DNA of 60,431 bases, counting the filler. It is 7 parts of 7 records of this genome, joined end to end, with 100 filler letters (N's around TTAATTAATTAA, not from the genome) between each part and the next. Parts side by side here need not be neighbours in the genome. Positions count along the whole stretch, not along the records: positions 17,338 to 30,777 come from SRR31147125_29398; positions 30,878 to 38,142 come from SRR31147125_29417; 5 more parts are not named here. One strand, 5' to 3'. The position numbers were made by a program, and so were the translations under genes. Shown here in pieces: positions 28,654 through 38,142 of this stretch (positions are counted from its first letter, which is position 1; each line of letters opens with the position of its first letter). Below the pieces are notes generated by a model. That model made no database searches and was not told where the DNA came from. It saw nothing but the letters and a program-made list of their open reading frames with translations.

Positions 28654-29643
28654 TTAATCCTGTGGCGGTTTCAATGAATTCAGGAAAACAAGTCTGGACG
28701 CTGCCAGGCACAGCCTGGAAAAGGATTGGGGCTTGATGCGGTGATAATGTATAATTTTAAGGCGTTTAAGTGGCGTGTGGTCCATAAGGCCTGCATAGGC
28801 CGAAACCATTTCTTTTTGGTAAAATGAGGCGTTGTTTGAATCCATACGTTCAAGCAGAGACCGGGCCTGGTGTAGAGACCGGTAAAGATGGGTGCGGCCT
28901 TCCTGCCAGAGCCGGTACCAGCGGCTCATGCCTAAGGGATTAAGGCTGCGGTAAAAGGATTTTGCTCCTACCTGGTTTCCCCTGTGCTGCCGGTATTTCA
29001 CCAAAGGCGTAGCTATGTATTCAATACGGCCCAATGCCGCAGCGCACAGGGCAAACCACCAATCGTGCATTACAGCGGTATCCGGAACCGGCAGTGCTGC
29101 TTTCAGCAAGCTTTTGTTCACCATGACCGTACATCCTGTAACAAAGTTCTGAATCAATAAGTTGTTCAGTGTCTTTTCCCGGCAGTGGCCGATGCCCTGA
29201 TATTTCATAAAGGATGTGGCCATCCGGTTCAGGCCGGTATCAACCACTTCAAGGTCCGAGTGAACAAGGACGGGCCGGCCGGGGTCTCGGTGTTCAGCCG
29301 CTTTCATTGCTGCCAGCTGTCTTGACAGTTTCTCAGGATGCCAGACATCATCCTGGTCCGCAAACATCAGGTACGGATAATGGGATGTGATGGCCGCGTC
29401 TGCCAGTATGCCGAAATTTTGGATTACCCCGAGATTGTCCCCTGTATCCCGGAATATGGATATGCGCCGGTCTCTGAAGGCAAATTTTTCAAGGATGGAG
29501 CGGGATCTGTCAGAGGAACCGTCATCCCTGGCAAGCAGGTGCCAATGGGTATGATCCTGGGACAGAATACTCCTGAGTTGTGCCTCAAGATAGTCTTCCC
29601 CGTTATATACGCCCAGTACGATTAAAATTGTTTTCTGATTCAT
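28654..29643 (-). CDS. GT2 glycosyltransferase (rhamnosyltransferase-like)
   Basis: YNGEDYL, RDDGSSD, DQDDVW, VTGCT, MHDWW, YRQH. Confidence 0.88.
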   Translation of the reverse strand: MNQKTILIVLGVYNGEDYLEAQLRSILSQDHTHWHLLARDDGSSDRSRSILEKFAFRDRRISIFRDTGDNLGVIQNFGILADAAITSHYPYLMFADQDDVWHPEKLSRQLAAMKAAEHRDPGRPVLVHSDLEVVDTGLNRMATSFMKYQGIGHCREKTLNNLLIQNFVTGCTVMVNKSLLKAALPVPDTAVMHDWWFALCAAALGRIEYIATPLVKYRQHRGNQVGAKSFYRSLNPLGMSRWYRLWQEGRTHLYRSLHQARSLLERMDSNNASFYQKEMVSAYAGLMDHTPLKRLKIIHYHRIKPQSFSRLCLAASRLVFLNSLKPPQD

Positions 29644-29654
29644 TTTTAGAACGA

Positions 29655-30388
29655 TTATGCCGTTGGTTTGTGCGTAATCAGGACCTCAATATATTCTGCT
29701 CTGATCCCTTTGCCGATATCATCGATATAGACCATCTGGGTGAACAGCCCGCTGGATTTAAAGATAAATTCGCATATGTCAAATCCCCAGTCCATGGTCA
29801 CCAAAGACCGGCCGTCACCTATGGGATTGCCGTGATAGGACGCTTCTTCCAAATGGATCACCTCTCCGCTTTCAGTCAGTTTTGCCCGTTGTCTGGAAGG
29901 CTTCCACTTGTTTACCAGGGGCACGGTGAAAATATGCATGCCTCCGGGAGCCAAGGTCCTTGCAATTTCTGAAAAGGCCTTTGACGGGTTGAATACATGT
30001 TCCAGGACATCCTGGCTGATGTGCAGGTCAATGCTGTTGTTTTCAAAGGTCAAGGCCTCAAGGTTTTCACACCGCATTCCTTCTTTGACACTGCCAGGGG
30101 GCGGTCAACAAAATAGTGGGATCTTATATAGTTTTTACACTCATTACGCAACCGGGCGCTTGCTCCCCTGGGGGCCGGGGACGATTCATGGATCACAGCT
30201 TTTTTCCAGTCCGGGTAGTTTGATTTTATCATCTCCATCAATGCTCTTTCCCTTGGGATACTCCCGCATTTTTTGCAGAAATAAAAGTCCCTGAACCACT
30301 CTTTTTCTGCATAAAATTCGACCTGGGTGTCACATATGGGGCAAAAACCGGTATTTTCCATGATATGCTTTTGTTTTTTAAAAAACAT
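29655..30388 (-). pseudogene. Class I SAM methyltransferase with N-terminal Cys knuckle; 1-nt frameshift (may be a sequencing error)
   Basis: CPIC...CKKCGS-RER; adding one base at G5 30097-30101 joins it to CENLEALTF...QDVLEHV...RTLAPGG. Confidence 0.75.
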
Positions 30389-30681
30389 ATGGTATTTCCA
30401 GTTAAATTGCATTAGCAGAAAGGCCCTGAAGCGGTTAAGCTGCAACTGAACATGCACCAATAATTTTAGAAACCAGATCACTATTTCATATTCTTCATAG
30501 AAGATGCAATAGTATTTTTTTGCCTTTGTTTCCTTTGTGAAGGGGGGCAAGGGTGTTTTTGGTCCTTAAAACGTTTTACCGGGTTGTTTACCCGAGGCCG
30601 CCATTGACTTTCACCCTGAATTTTATTAAAAATACCGACCAATACGCCGAAGGGGGCAGGCTTTGCAACGACGGGCCGGCA

Positions 30682-30704
30682 TGGGTTTTACGCTGTAAAA
30701 CCCA
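30682..30704. repeat. Inverted repeat
   Basis: TGGGTTTTAC-GCT-GTAAAACCCA. Confidence 0.6.
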
Positions 30705-30777
30705 ATAAAGCAGTTGTGAGATATGAATATCAGGTATGCGAAATCAACTTCTCATATCGTTATTATCAGGGAAAAAA

Positions 30778-30877
30778 NNNNNNNNNNNNNNNNNNNNNNN
30801 NNNNNNNNNNNNNNNNNNNNNTTAATTAATTAANNNNNNNNNNNNNNNNNNNNNNNNNNNNNNNNNNNNNNNNNNNN
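30778..30877. other. Artificial contig linker
   Basis: N44-TTAATTAATTAA-N44. Confidence 0.98.
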
Positions 30878-31024
30878 GGCCTGAACGGCTCTCCCACGAA
30901 GGTAGAGCGAATATTCGCTCCTTCCAAAGATATCGATCAGGTCATGTGGGACAGTGCCGATACGGATTGTGCAAACGAGCTTTACGGTATGCTGGTAAGC
31001 GAAAAATACATAGGAGGCAACTAA
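30878..31024 (+). CDS. etfB: Electron transfer flavoprotein beta subunit, C-terminal fragment
   Basis: Manual translation GLNGSPTKVERIFAP; abuts etfA. Confidence 0.85.
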   Translation, partial: GLNGSPTKVERIFAPSKDIDQVMWDSADTDCANELYGMLVSEKYIGGN

Positions 31025-32215
31025 ATGGCGGGACTTATAATAGATAATTCAAAATGTACGCTGTGCGAAAAATGCATAGAAGTCTGCCCTTTCGAGGCTA
31101 TGAGTTTGTCGGACGGTAAAATCGAAATATCTTCTGCCTGCAAGATGTGCAAGCTGTGTATCAAGCAGTGCCCGGAAGAAGCGATATCGATTAACGAAGG
31201 CAAGGTATGTGTTGACAAGCGCAAGTGGAATGGATATCTCGTATATGCTCAGTTCGACGAAGGCAGGATCCACCCTGTCACTATCGAGCTTATAGGCACG
31301 GCTAAGCGGCTTTCTCAGACAACTCCTATGCCTGTGTATGTCCTTCTTATCGGTCACGATACAGAGGCTGCTGCAACAGAGCTGCTTAAATACGGCGTGG
31401 ACGAAGTGTTCGTCTATGACGACGAGAGCCTCAAAGAGTTCAAAGTGGATGCTTACACCAACGTTTTCGAAGACATTATCAGCGATATAAAACCAAGCGT
31501 AGTTCTCGTGGGCGGTACATCTATCGGGCGTTCTCTTGCCCCACGTGCTGCGACACGCTTCAGGACCGGGCTCACGGCAGACTGCACTACTCTGGAGATA
31601 AAACCAAACACAGACCTCGTTCAGATACGCCCCGCATTCGGCGGAAACATAATGGCGCAGATCATAACGCCGAATACACGTCCGCAGTTCGCAACGGTCC
31701 GCTATAAGGTGATGGACAGAGCAAACGAAACGCAGCCGCACGGCAAGGTCACTTTCCGTAAAGTTACGAAAGAGCTGACAGCATCTCAGATAAACGTGCT
31801 GCGAATAGAGAAAAAGCCGGAAGAAGTATCTATAACTGAAGCAGACGTTCTGGTAGTAGCAGGACAAGGCGTTACAGAGAAGGAAGATTTAGCGCTCGTT
31901 AAAGAGCTTGCGCACCTGCTGGGCGGTGAATACGCCTGCACACGCCCGATGGTGGAAAAAGGCTGGTGCGACTATACACGGCAGATAGGCTTATCAGGAC
32001 GTACGGTAAAACCAAAGCTCATCATCACATGCGGTGTCTCGGGCGCCATACAGTTTACCGCCTGCATGGATTCTTCCGAGCGCATTGTGGCAATAAACTC
32101 CGATAAAAATGCGCCTATATTCAAGACAGCTCACGTTGGGATTATCGGCGACATCTATGAAATACTTCCTGACCTTATCGAGAAAATCAAAGGAGCGAAA
32201 GAATATGCAGTATAA
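31025..32215 (+). CDS. etfA: ETF alpha subunit with N-terminal 2x[4Fe-4S] domain (LctC-like)
   Basis: Two CxxCxxCxxxCP motifs, GLTADCT, RPAFGG, QIGLSG, GVSGAIQ. Confidence 0.93.
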   Translation: MAGLIIDNSKCTLCEKCIEVCPFEAMSLSDGKIEISSACKMCKLCIKQCPEEAISINEGKVCVDKRKWNGYLVYAQFDEGRIHPVTIELIGTAKRLSQTTPMPVYVLLIGHDTEAAATELLKYGVDEVFVYDDESLKEFKVDAYTNVFEDIISDIKPSVVLVGGTSIGRSLAPRAATRFRTGLTADCTTLEIKPNTDLVQIRPAFGGNIMAQIITPNTRPQFATVRYKVMDRANETQPHGKVTFRKVTKELTASQINVLRIEKKPEEVSITEADVLVVAGQGVTEKEDLALVKELAHLLGGEYACTRPMVEKGWCDYTRQIGLSGRTVKPKLIITCGVSGAIQFTACMDSSERIVAINSDKNAPIFKTAHVGIIGDIYEILPDLIEKIKGAKEYAV

Positions 32216-33608
32216 CAAAGTAACTAAAGCTGATATTGAAAAGCTTACCTATATATGCGGCGCTGATCACGTCTATACGGGCGAGGCAATACACGAAGAT
32301 TTTACGCACGACGAAATGACTCTTTACGGTGAGTTTGCTCCCGAAGCAGTAGTCGAAGCGATGTCAACTCAGCAGGTCAGCGATATCATGAAGCTGGCCT
32401 CAGAGCGCAATATACCCGTTACACCGAGAGGCTCCGGTACGGGTTTGTGCGGCGGCTGCGTCGCCATACACGGAGGCATACTGCTCTCTCTTGCAAAGAT
32501 GGATAATATCTTAGAGTTCGATAAAGAGAATTTTACTGTAACATTACAGCCGGGCGTTCTGCTTATGGCACTTGCTCAGGCAGCTATTGATGAAGGTATG
32601 ATGTATCCGCCCGACCCGGGTGAGAAGTCCGCAACGATAGGCGGCAATGTAATGACCAATGCCGGCGGTATGCGTGCCATAAAATACGGCGTTACAAGGG
32701 ACTATGTGCTCGGCATGACGGTGGTTCTGCCAAACGGACACATAATAGAACTGGGCGGCAAGGTCGCAAAAAACAGCTCCGGTTACAGTATTCGAGATTT
32801 GATGGTTGGTTCGGAAGGTACCTTAGGTATAGTGACGAAATTGATATTAAAACTCATCTCCCTGCCGCAGTTTGCGCTGTCTCTGCTCGTTCCGTTTGAC
32901 GACCTTGGGCAGTGTTTTGATACCGTTCCTAAAATACTTCAGTCAAAGACAAACCCAACGGCGGTAGAGTTCATGCAGCGGCAGGTCATCGAAGCGGCTG
33001 AAGAGTATTTGGGACTGCACTTCCCCGACAAATCTGCAAACGCATATCTGCTGCTGACATTTGACGGCACAACAAGAACGGAGCTCGAAGCGTCATACCA
33101 GAAAGTTGCCGACATCTGCCTTGGAAACGGTGCACTCGATGTGTTCATATCCGACACAGAAGAGCGGCAGGAGTCGATATGGAAAGCACGTGGAGCATTC
33201 CTCGAAGCTATTAAAACCTCTACACCGGAGATGGACGAGTGTGATGTAGTAGTACCAAGAACGGCATTAGGCAGTTTTATGAGCTTTGTAGATACGCTTG
33301 AAAAAAGCCACGGTCTTAGGATACGCAGTTTTGGTCACGCCGGAGACGGCAACCTGCACATTTACCTGTGCAAAGACGGTCTGAGCGCAGAAGACTGGAC
33401 ACAAAAATGCGATACGGTAATGGACAGTTTATATGAAGAATCAACTAAAAAAGGCGGTCAGATATCCGGCGAGCACGGCATCGGACACGCAAAGAAAGAG
33501 TACTTAGAGCAGTCGCTCGGCGAAGATATAATGAACATCATGTCGGGGATAAAGAAGGCTTTTGATCCTGATAACATACTTAATCCGGGTAAAATAACCT
33601 CCCCCTAA
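32205..33608 (+). CDS. FAD-binding GlcD/LctD-family (lactate) dehydrogenase
   Basis: ATG at 32205 after AGGAG; PRGSGTGL, PPDPG, GSEGTLG, GHAGDGNLH, SGEHGIG, LNPGK. Confidence 0.88.
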   Translation: MQYNKVTKADIEKLTYICGADHVYTGEAIHEDFTHDEMTLYGEFAPEAVVEAMSTQQVSDIMKLASERNIPVTPRGSGTGLCGGCVAIHGGILLSLAKMDNILEFDKENFTVTLQPGVLLMALAQAAIDEGMMYPPDPGEKSATIGGNVMTNAGGMRAIKYGVTRDYVLGMTVVLPNGHIIELGGKVAKNSSGYSIRDLMVGSEGTLGIVTKLILKLISLPQFALSLLVPFDDLGQCFDTVPKILQSKTNPTAVEFMQRQVIEAAEEYLGLHFPDKSANAYLLLTFDGTTRTELEASYQKVADICLGNGALDVFISDTEERQESIWKARGAFLEAIKTSTPEMDECDVVVPRTALGSFMSFVDTLEKSHGLRIRSFGHAGDGNLHIYLCKDGLSAEDWTQKCDTVMDSLYEESTKKGGQISGEHGIGHAKKEYLEQSLGEDIMNIMSGIKKAFDPDNILNPGKITSP

Positions 33609-33649
33609 TAAAGCCTTTTATCTATAAGAGGCCCCGTCACGGTATGCAA

Positions 33650-33671
33650 AAAGCACGTAGATTCGTGCTTT
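33650..33671. terminator. Terminator between convergent genes
   Basis: AAAGCACG...CGTGCTTT. Confidence 0.65.
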
Positions 33672-33688
33672 CTTTATAATTGAATTTT

Positions 33689-34057
33689 CTATCTATGTGT
33701 TCTTGCTCTTCTGGTTCTTACTATACTGATAGTTATAAGAACGGCAACAATTGAAAACCCTATTGCTACCAGTACCCACAATACAACTGACTGTGAAGCT
33801 TGCTCCTCATCTGTTAATATCCCGGGTATTGCCTCAGAAGCCGTATCATTCTGCTCCGGTACGTTATCATAATCCTCAGGTCCGGGAACCACGTCTGCTA
33901 TACTATCCCCTGCCTCCTGCGGAACTTGTGCAACAAAAACTTTTTCTTCCGCCGGTTCTTCTGCCAGCGCCGTCGGTATCAAAGCAAACAATATGTACGC
34001 CGCTGATATCAGTATAAAAAACGAACCAAATATTTTTGTTCTAATTTTAGTATTCAT
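33689..34057 (-). CDS. Hypothetical exported protein: signal peptide, acidic region, C-terminal TM with basic tail
   Basis: GGAGG RBS; ALA cleavage motif; ends RTRRARTHR. Confidence 0.7.
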   Translation of the reverse strand: MNTKIRTKIFGSFFILISAAYILFALIPTALAEEPAEEKVFVAQVPQEAGDSIADVVPGPEDYDNVPEQNDTASEAIPGILTDEEQASQSVVLWVLVAIGFSIVAVLITISIVRTRRARTHR

Positions 34058-34148
34058 AATTCGCCTCCGTATTTATTATCGGAAAAGCGAATTAATTTTA
34101 TGTGTATAAAGTTACGGTATAAATTACAAATTTTAAGTATAATTTATG

Positions 34149-35000
34149 CTAATCAACAAGCTCGCCCGGCGGGTTTCCTGTGCGCTTCGGCGGTTTGTCT
34201 TTTTTGATAAGTTTTGCATAATAACCAAGAGACGCTGCAATCATTCCTGCGGACTCAAGACTCTTTCTTGAGAGCGTGTTATAGTACCAGCAGCCTGCGG
34301 TCGGCTTTTTATTTTTGGAATATGCGAAGTCCTTCAAATTTAGCAATATCGTTTTTGCGACGCCTTTTTGTCTATGCTCTGGGTTTGTGAACATACCTAT
34401 TGACATGCAGTCTTTGCACAGCCTTCCCGGCTCTACAATGCCTGCTCCAAGCAGTTCTTTCTCGTCTTCCAGCACGAATATTGTATCCTCGGCTATGCGC
34501 TCTTCAAGGCTTGAATACCCACAGCTCTCTTCGTCAAAAAAATCTTCCGAAACCGCTCTTATTTTAATACGATCCTCATAGTTCGCTTTGCGGAATACAG
34601 CATTCTGCACCTTCGCAGCTCTGTTTACCTTTCTGCCACTGTCCGCAAACCAGCATGCTAGCCTCTCCATTTCATAGTCCCACTCGACTATTAGCGCACA
34701 CATAGCGCTGTCCTGGCTCATAACAAAAATCTTATCAACGCCAAGCTCGATTACTGCCTGCTCCAATATTGCAGGTGCAAACACAAAAGCTTTCTTTCTT
34801 ACATAAAAGAACCTAAGTTCATTGCTCTTTTTAGCGCAGTAGCCAATCAACTCATTTTTATTTATAATGCTGTATATATCAGCTTCCAGAAGCTGTTCTT
34901 CCAGCCACGAGTCAAATGGATTGGCCAGGCTTTTTATGTGTTCCTCTATCAGGTCTTTTATTTTATCCGTTCTCGATTTTTCTATTGTAAATTTACTCAA
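34149..35000 (-). CDS. GNAT-family acetyltransferase
   Basis: IGMFTNPEHRQKGVA, NTLSRKSLESAG. Confidence 0.8.
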   Translation of the reverse strand: MSKFTIEKSRTDKIKDLIEEHIKSLANPFDSWLEEQLLEADIYSIINKNELIGYCAKKSNELRFFYVRKKAFVFAPAILEQAVIELGVDKIFVMSQDSAMCALIVEWDYEMERLACWFADSGRKVNRAAKVQNAVFRKANYEDRIKIRAVSEDFFDEESCGYSSLEERIAEDTIFVLEDEKELLGAGIVEPGRLCKDCMSIGMFTNPEHRQKGVAKTILLNLKDFAYSKNKKPTAGCWYYNTLSRKSLESAGMIAASLGYYAKLIKKDKPPKRTGNPPGELVD

Positions 35001-35012
35001 TGCCCACTCCCC

Positions 35013-35678
35013 TTAGCCCATTATTCTCCATTTTCTTTCCAATGCAATTTTCTTTAGTTTTTCATCGGGTGAAACAGCAACAGGTATCCCCACCAATTCA
35101 AGCAGCTCAAGGTCTGAAAAGCTGTCTGCATATGCACAACTGTTTTCAAAATCCGCCTCTGGAAACTCCTCTTTTATACGAACGACCTTGTCCGTACCCG
35201 TCCTTATGTTCATAGCCTTCCGTTCTTCTATTATGTCATTTTTAAAGTGCATGCTTGTCCCAAGCGCTTTGTCTATTCCTATCTTTGCCGCTATCATGCT
35301 TAAAAGCTCTTGATAAAACCCTGACAGGAGCACGGTATAGTAACCCTGCTGCTTTGCCTTCTTCGCTTCCAAAGCGATTTCTTTGTTTATATACGGAAGC
35401 AGGTGTTCAAGGCTTTTGCTGAAAAACTCGGTTATCTGCTGTCTGCTCATGCCTTTAAATATTCGTGTGAATTTCTGAAACGCAGTTTTTTTCATCTGCT
35501 CTCTTGTCATCCGTCCATTCCAGCCAAGTTTATAGCGCATATAAAGCCCGCCTATGCTAAGGTACATTTTTATCTGTCTGTGTTTTGGATACCCCAGCCT
35601 GCTCCATATCTTAAGCAGAAAAGGCAGCGTATCGGCTTGTACTAAAGTTCCGTCAAAATCAAAAATCGCAATTTTCAT
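35013..35678 (-). CDS. HAD-IB family hydrolase
   Basis: FDFDGTL, LSG, K, YADSFSD. Confidence 0.88.
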   Translation of the reverse strand: MKIAIFDFDGTLVQADTLPFLLKIWSRLGYPKHRQIKMYLSIGGLYMRYKLGWNGRMTREQMKKTAFQKFTRIFKGMSRQQITEFFSKSLEHLLPYINKEIALEAKKAKQQGYYTVLLSGFYQELLSMIAAKIGIDKALGTSMHFKNDIIEERKAMNIRTGTDKVVRIKEEFPEADFENSCAYADSFSDLELLELVGIPVAVSPDEKLKKIALERKWRIMG

Positions 35679-35713
35679 GCCGCTCTCCCATAAGTCTTTT
35701 TTACTTTGCTTTA

Positions 35714-36058
35714 TTATACGGAAAGTACTTTGTAGTCTGACTTAAGGATTCTTGTGAACTCCTCTCCCACAAAGAACACATCAGCGCCAAGCTCAGAAAG
35801 CTTTTCGCTTACGCCGTAAGAGTCCGAACACGATTTGCATGCTATAGCCTTTACACCGGCCTCCATCATAACAGCAAAATAGTCCTGAAGACCTATATCC
35901 TGCGCTAAAAGATTAGCTGAAGGACCCCATATTACCAATAACACTTCATCGAACCATCCCTTAAGCTTAGCATTTTTTGTATACATAAAAGCCATTTTAA
36001 GAGCAGTTTCTCTGTCGGGCGAAGTCCAAAGCACTGCCAGTTTACTTGTTTTTTCCAT
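35714..36058 (-). CDS. DsrE-family protein
   Basis: VIWGPS, ACKSCSDSYGV. Confidence 0.75.
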   Translation of the reverse strand: MEKTSKLAVLWTSPDRETALKMAFMYTKNAKLKGWFDEVLLVIWGPSANLLAQDIGLQDYFAVMMEAGVKAIACKSCSDSYGVSEKLSELGADVFFVGEEFTRILKSDYKVLSV

Positions 36059-36145
36059 GATTATCCCTCCACAAAAGATTTCAGTAACATTGTATCACAG
36101 TCTTCAAAAGCTGAAAACTACCAAGGCTATACCTTGCTTTTTTGA

Positions 36146-36189
36146 TTTGCCACATTTTTGCCACATTTAAGATATCTATCTTACACATT
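36146..36189 (+). promoter_or_regulatory. 11-bp direct repeat, OmpR-type binding site
   Basis: TTTGCCACATT twice (36146-36167) plus an in-phase TCTTACACATT at 36179. Confidence 0.65.
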
Positions 36190-36240
36190 TTATGTTTATT
36201 ATGTTAACATCGACTTAAATCATTAAGACCGGAGGTAAGA

Positions 36241-36639
36241 ATGAAAAGCAAAAGCTTAATCATATTGACTGCTGCTCTTGTTCTTTTGGTATCCATAGCC
36301 GGCTGTTCACACAATAACGCCGCTGACGCTGCCGATATACAAGAGCTAAAAGAGTTGTTAGAGCTTGAAGATATGGCAGAGACAGAAGATTTGTCCGAGG
36401 TTCAGAATCTCTCGGATATCAGCGATGCTAAGGACACGGAAGAAGCTATATCCGATCAGGAGCTTGAAGAAATGCAAGAGCTTATTGAGCTGGAAGACAT
36501 AGAAGAAATCGAAGGGCTTGAAGAACTGCTAGAGCTTGAGGACGCAGCAGACTTAGAAGAGCTAATGGACTTAAGCGAGCTTGAAGAACTTGAGGCGCTT
36601 TTAGCTGAGATAGACGAGCTTGAAGGTTTGGTTGAATAA
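36241..36639 (+). CDS. Highly acidic low-complexity lipoprotein
   Basis: GGAGG RBS; lipobox IAGC; mature part dominated by E/D/L. Confidence 0.8.
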   Translation: MKSKSLIILTAALVLLVSIAGCSHNNAADAADIQELKELLELEDMAETEDLSEVQNLSDISDAKDTEEAISDQELEEMQELIELEDIEEIEGLEELLELEDAADLEELMDLSELEELEALLAEIDELEGLVE

Positions 36640-36661
36640 CTTGCCATACTTTTGCCATAAA
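36640..36661 (+). promoter_or_regulatory. Second copy of the 11-bp direct repeat site
   Basis: CTTGCCATACT-TTTGCCATAAA. Confidence 0.6.
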
Positions 36662-36738
36662 GCAAGTATAAAAAGAACACACTTATTTAATAAACTGAGA
36701 ATAGAGAAAGAAAAAAACGGACTAAGGAGTTATTAAAA

Positions 36739-37443
36739 ATGAAAAAAATTGTTTCAATACTGTTGGTTATCATATTTTTAAGCGTCACTGCAACTGTTGC
36801 GTTTGCTGCAGACGACGAAAGTGTAGAAGACTTTCTGGAAAAATGTCAGCAAAGAGCAGATGAGCTTGGGCTGACATTAGATGAATACCTCCAGCAACTT
36901 CGTGACAGGCTGACTGAAAGGGCACAGGACATGGATATGACGCTTGATGAATACAAAGAATATCTGCGTGAGAGAAAGACCCATATGGAACAAAGGGCGC
37001 AGCAGCTTGGGCTATCTCTCGACGAGTATAAGCAGCAGCTTCGTGACAGAAAAGCTGATATGGAACAGAAAGCAGAGGAGCTCGGGCTAACCTTTGACGA
37101 GTATAAACAGCAGCTTCGTGACAGAAAAGCCCAGATGGAACAAAGGGCTTCTAATCTCGGCATGACGTTTGAGCAGTATAATCAATATCTGCGTGACAGA
37201 AAGGCGCAAATGGAGAAACGTGCAGAGCGGCTCGGCCTGACCCTTGAAGAGTACAGGCAGCAGCTTCGTGACAGAAGAGAAGCTATGGAACAGAAAGCGG
37301 AGGAAATGGGCATGTCGCTTGAAGAGTACAGACAGTTCCTTCGTGAAGGAAGGGAAGACAAGCCCCAAAGCGGTACCGGTACCGGAGGAAATGAGCAGAC
37401 GGGCGGAAACGAACAGGCAGGAGGAAACGGGCAGGCCGCTTAG
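36739..37443 (+). CDS. Secreted helical tandem-repeat protein
   Basis: AAGGAG RBS; signal peptide (AFA); about 7 repeats of 25 aa; GGNEQ tail. Confidence 0.85.
   Translation: MKKIVSILLVIIFLSVTATVAFAADDESVEDFLEKCQQRADELGLTLDEYLQQLRDRLTERAQDMDMTLDEYKEYLRERKTHMEQRAQQLGLSLDEYKQQLRDRKADMEQKAEELGLTFDEYKQQLRDRKAQMEQRASNLGMTFEQYNQYLRDRKAQMEKRAERLGLTLEEYRQQLRDRREAMEQKAEEMGMSLEEYRQFLREGREDKPQSGTGTGGNEQTGGNEQAGGNGQAA
36853..37356 (+). repeat. Coding tandem repeat, about 75-bp unit, 7 copies
   Basis: Consensus (R/K)AxxLG(L/M)TLDEYKQQLRDRKAxMEQ; recurrent CAGCTTCGTGACAGAA. Confidence 0.9.
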
Positions 37444-37472
37444 TATTAAAAACATATCATCTTATCATGAAG

Positions 37473-37499
37473 TAGCTCGCAGCAGTTTTCTGCGAGCTA
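37473..37499 (+). terminator. Hairpin / terminator
   Basis: TAGCTCGCAG...CTGCGAGCTA. Confidence 0.7.
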
Positions 37500-37545
37500 T
37501 TCTTATAAACAAAGCTATGATATAATTAGCAAAAAGGGCAGTATT

Positions 37546-38142
37546 ATGAAAAAGATATACGTTGCAGACGATGATAAAAACATCTGCGAACTGTTAAAAT
37601 CACATATATCGAACGCAGGATACGATGTCAGAGTGTTCTACAACGGCAAGAGCCTGCTGGACGCTTTTAGAAAAGAACCCTGCGATCTTATAATAACCGA
37701 TATTGTAATGCCGCAGATGAACGGCTACGACCTGTGCCGGGAAATCAGGAAAACAAGCATGATACCGATATTCATGATATCCGCTAACAACGACGAGATA
37801 GACAGGGTGCTTGGTCTGGAGCTCGGCAGTGATGATTATATAAGCAAGCCAATTAGTTTTCGGGAACTGCTTATAAAAATAAAAAATACTTTCTTCAGGC
37901 TGGACAGCTATCAAAAACCTCAAACTGACGATACCATTAAGTGCCGAGACTTAAAGCTTTATCTACCCAGCAGAGAAGTCTTCATAGGCGAAAAACAGCT
38001 TCAGACCACCACTAAAGAATTCGATCTTTTAAAGCTGCTTCTTAAAAACCAGAACCGTGCTTTTTCAAGAGAACAGATAATTGAAAACGTATGGGGCTAC
38101 GACTACTACGGCGACTCAAGGCAAGTAGACCATATAATAAAA
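37546..38142 (+). CDS. OmpR-family response regulator, 3' truncated
   Basis: ADDD, DIVMPQMNG, GSDDYISKP, TTKEFDLL, VWGYDY; TGn-TATAAT at 37518-37526. Confidence 0.93.

Noticed and set aside
30630..30705. Possible glycine or c-di-GMP riboswitch (CGCCGAAGG, GCAAAGCC)
   Set aside because: Only isolated words match; the other conserved elements and pairings are missing.
1..33608. Functional link between the LarA-family gene and the lactate dehydrogenase-ETF cluster
   Set aside because: They lie on different contigs, apparently from different organisms.
36853..37356. 75-bp periodic repeat as a CRISPR array
   Set aside because: In-frame coding repeat with synonymous variation, no unique spacers and no cas genes.
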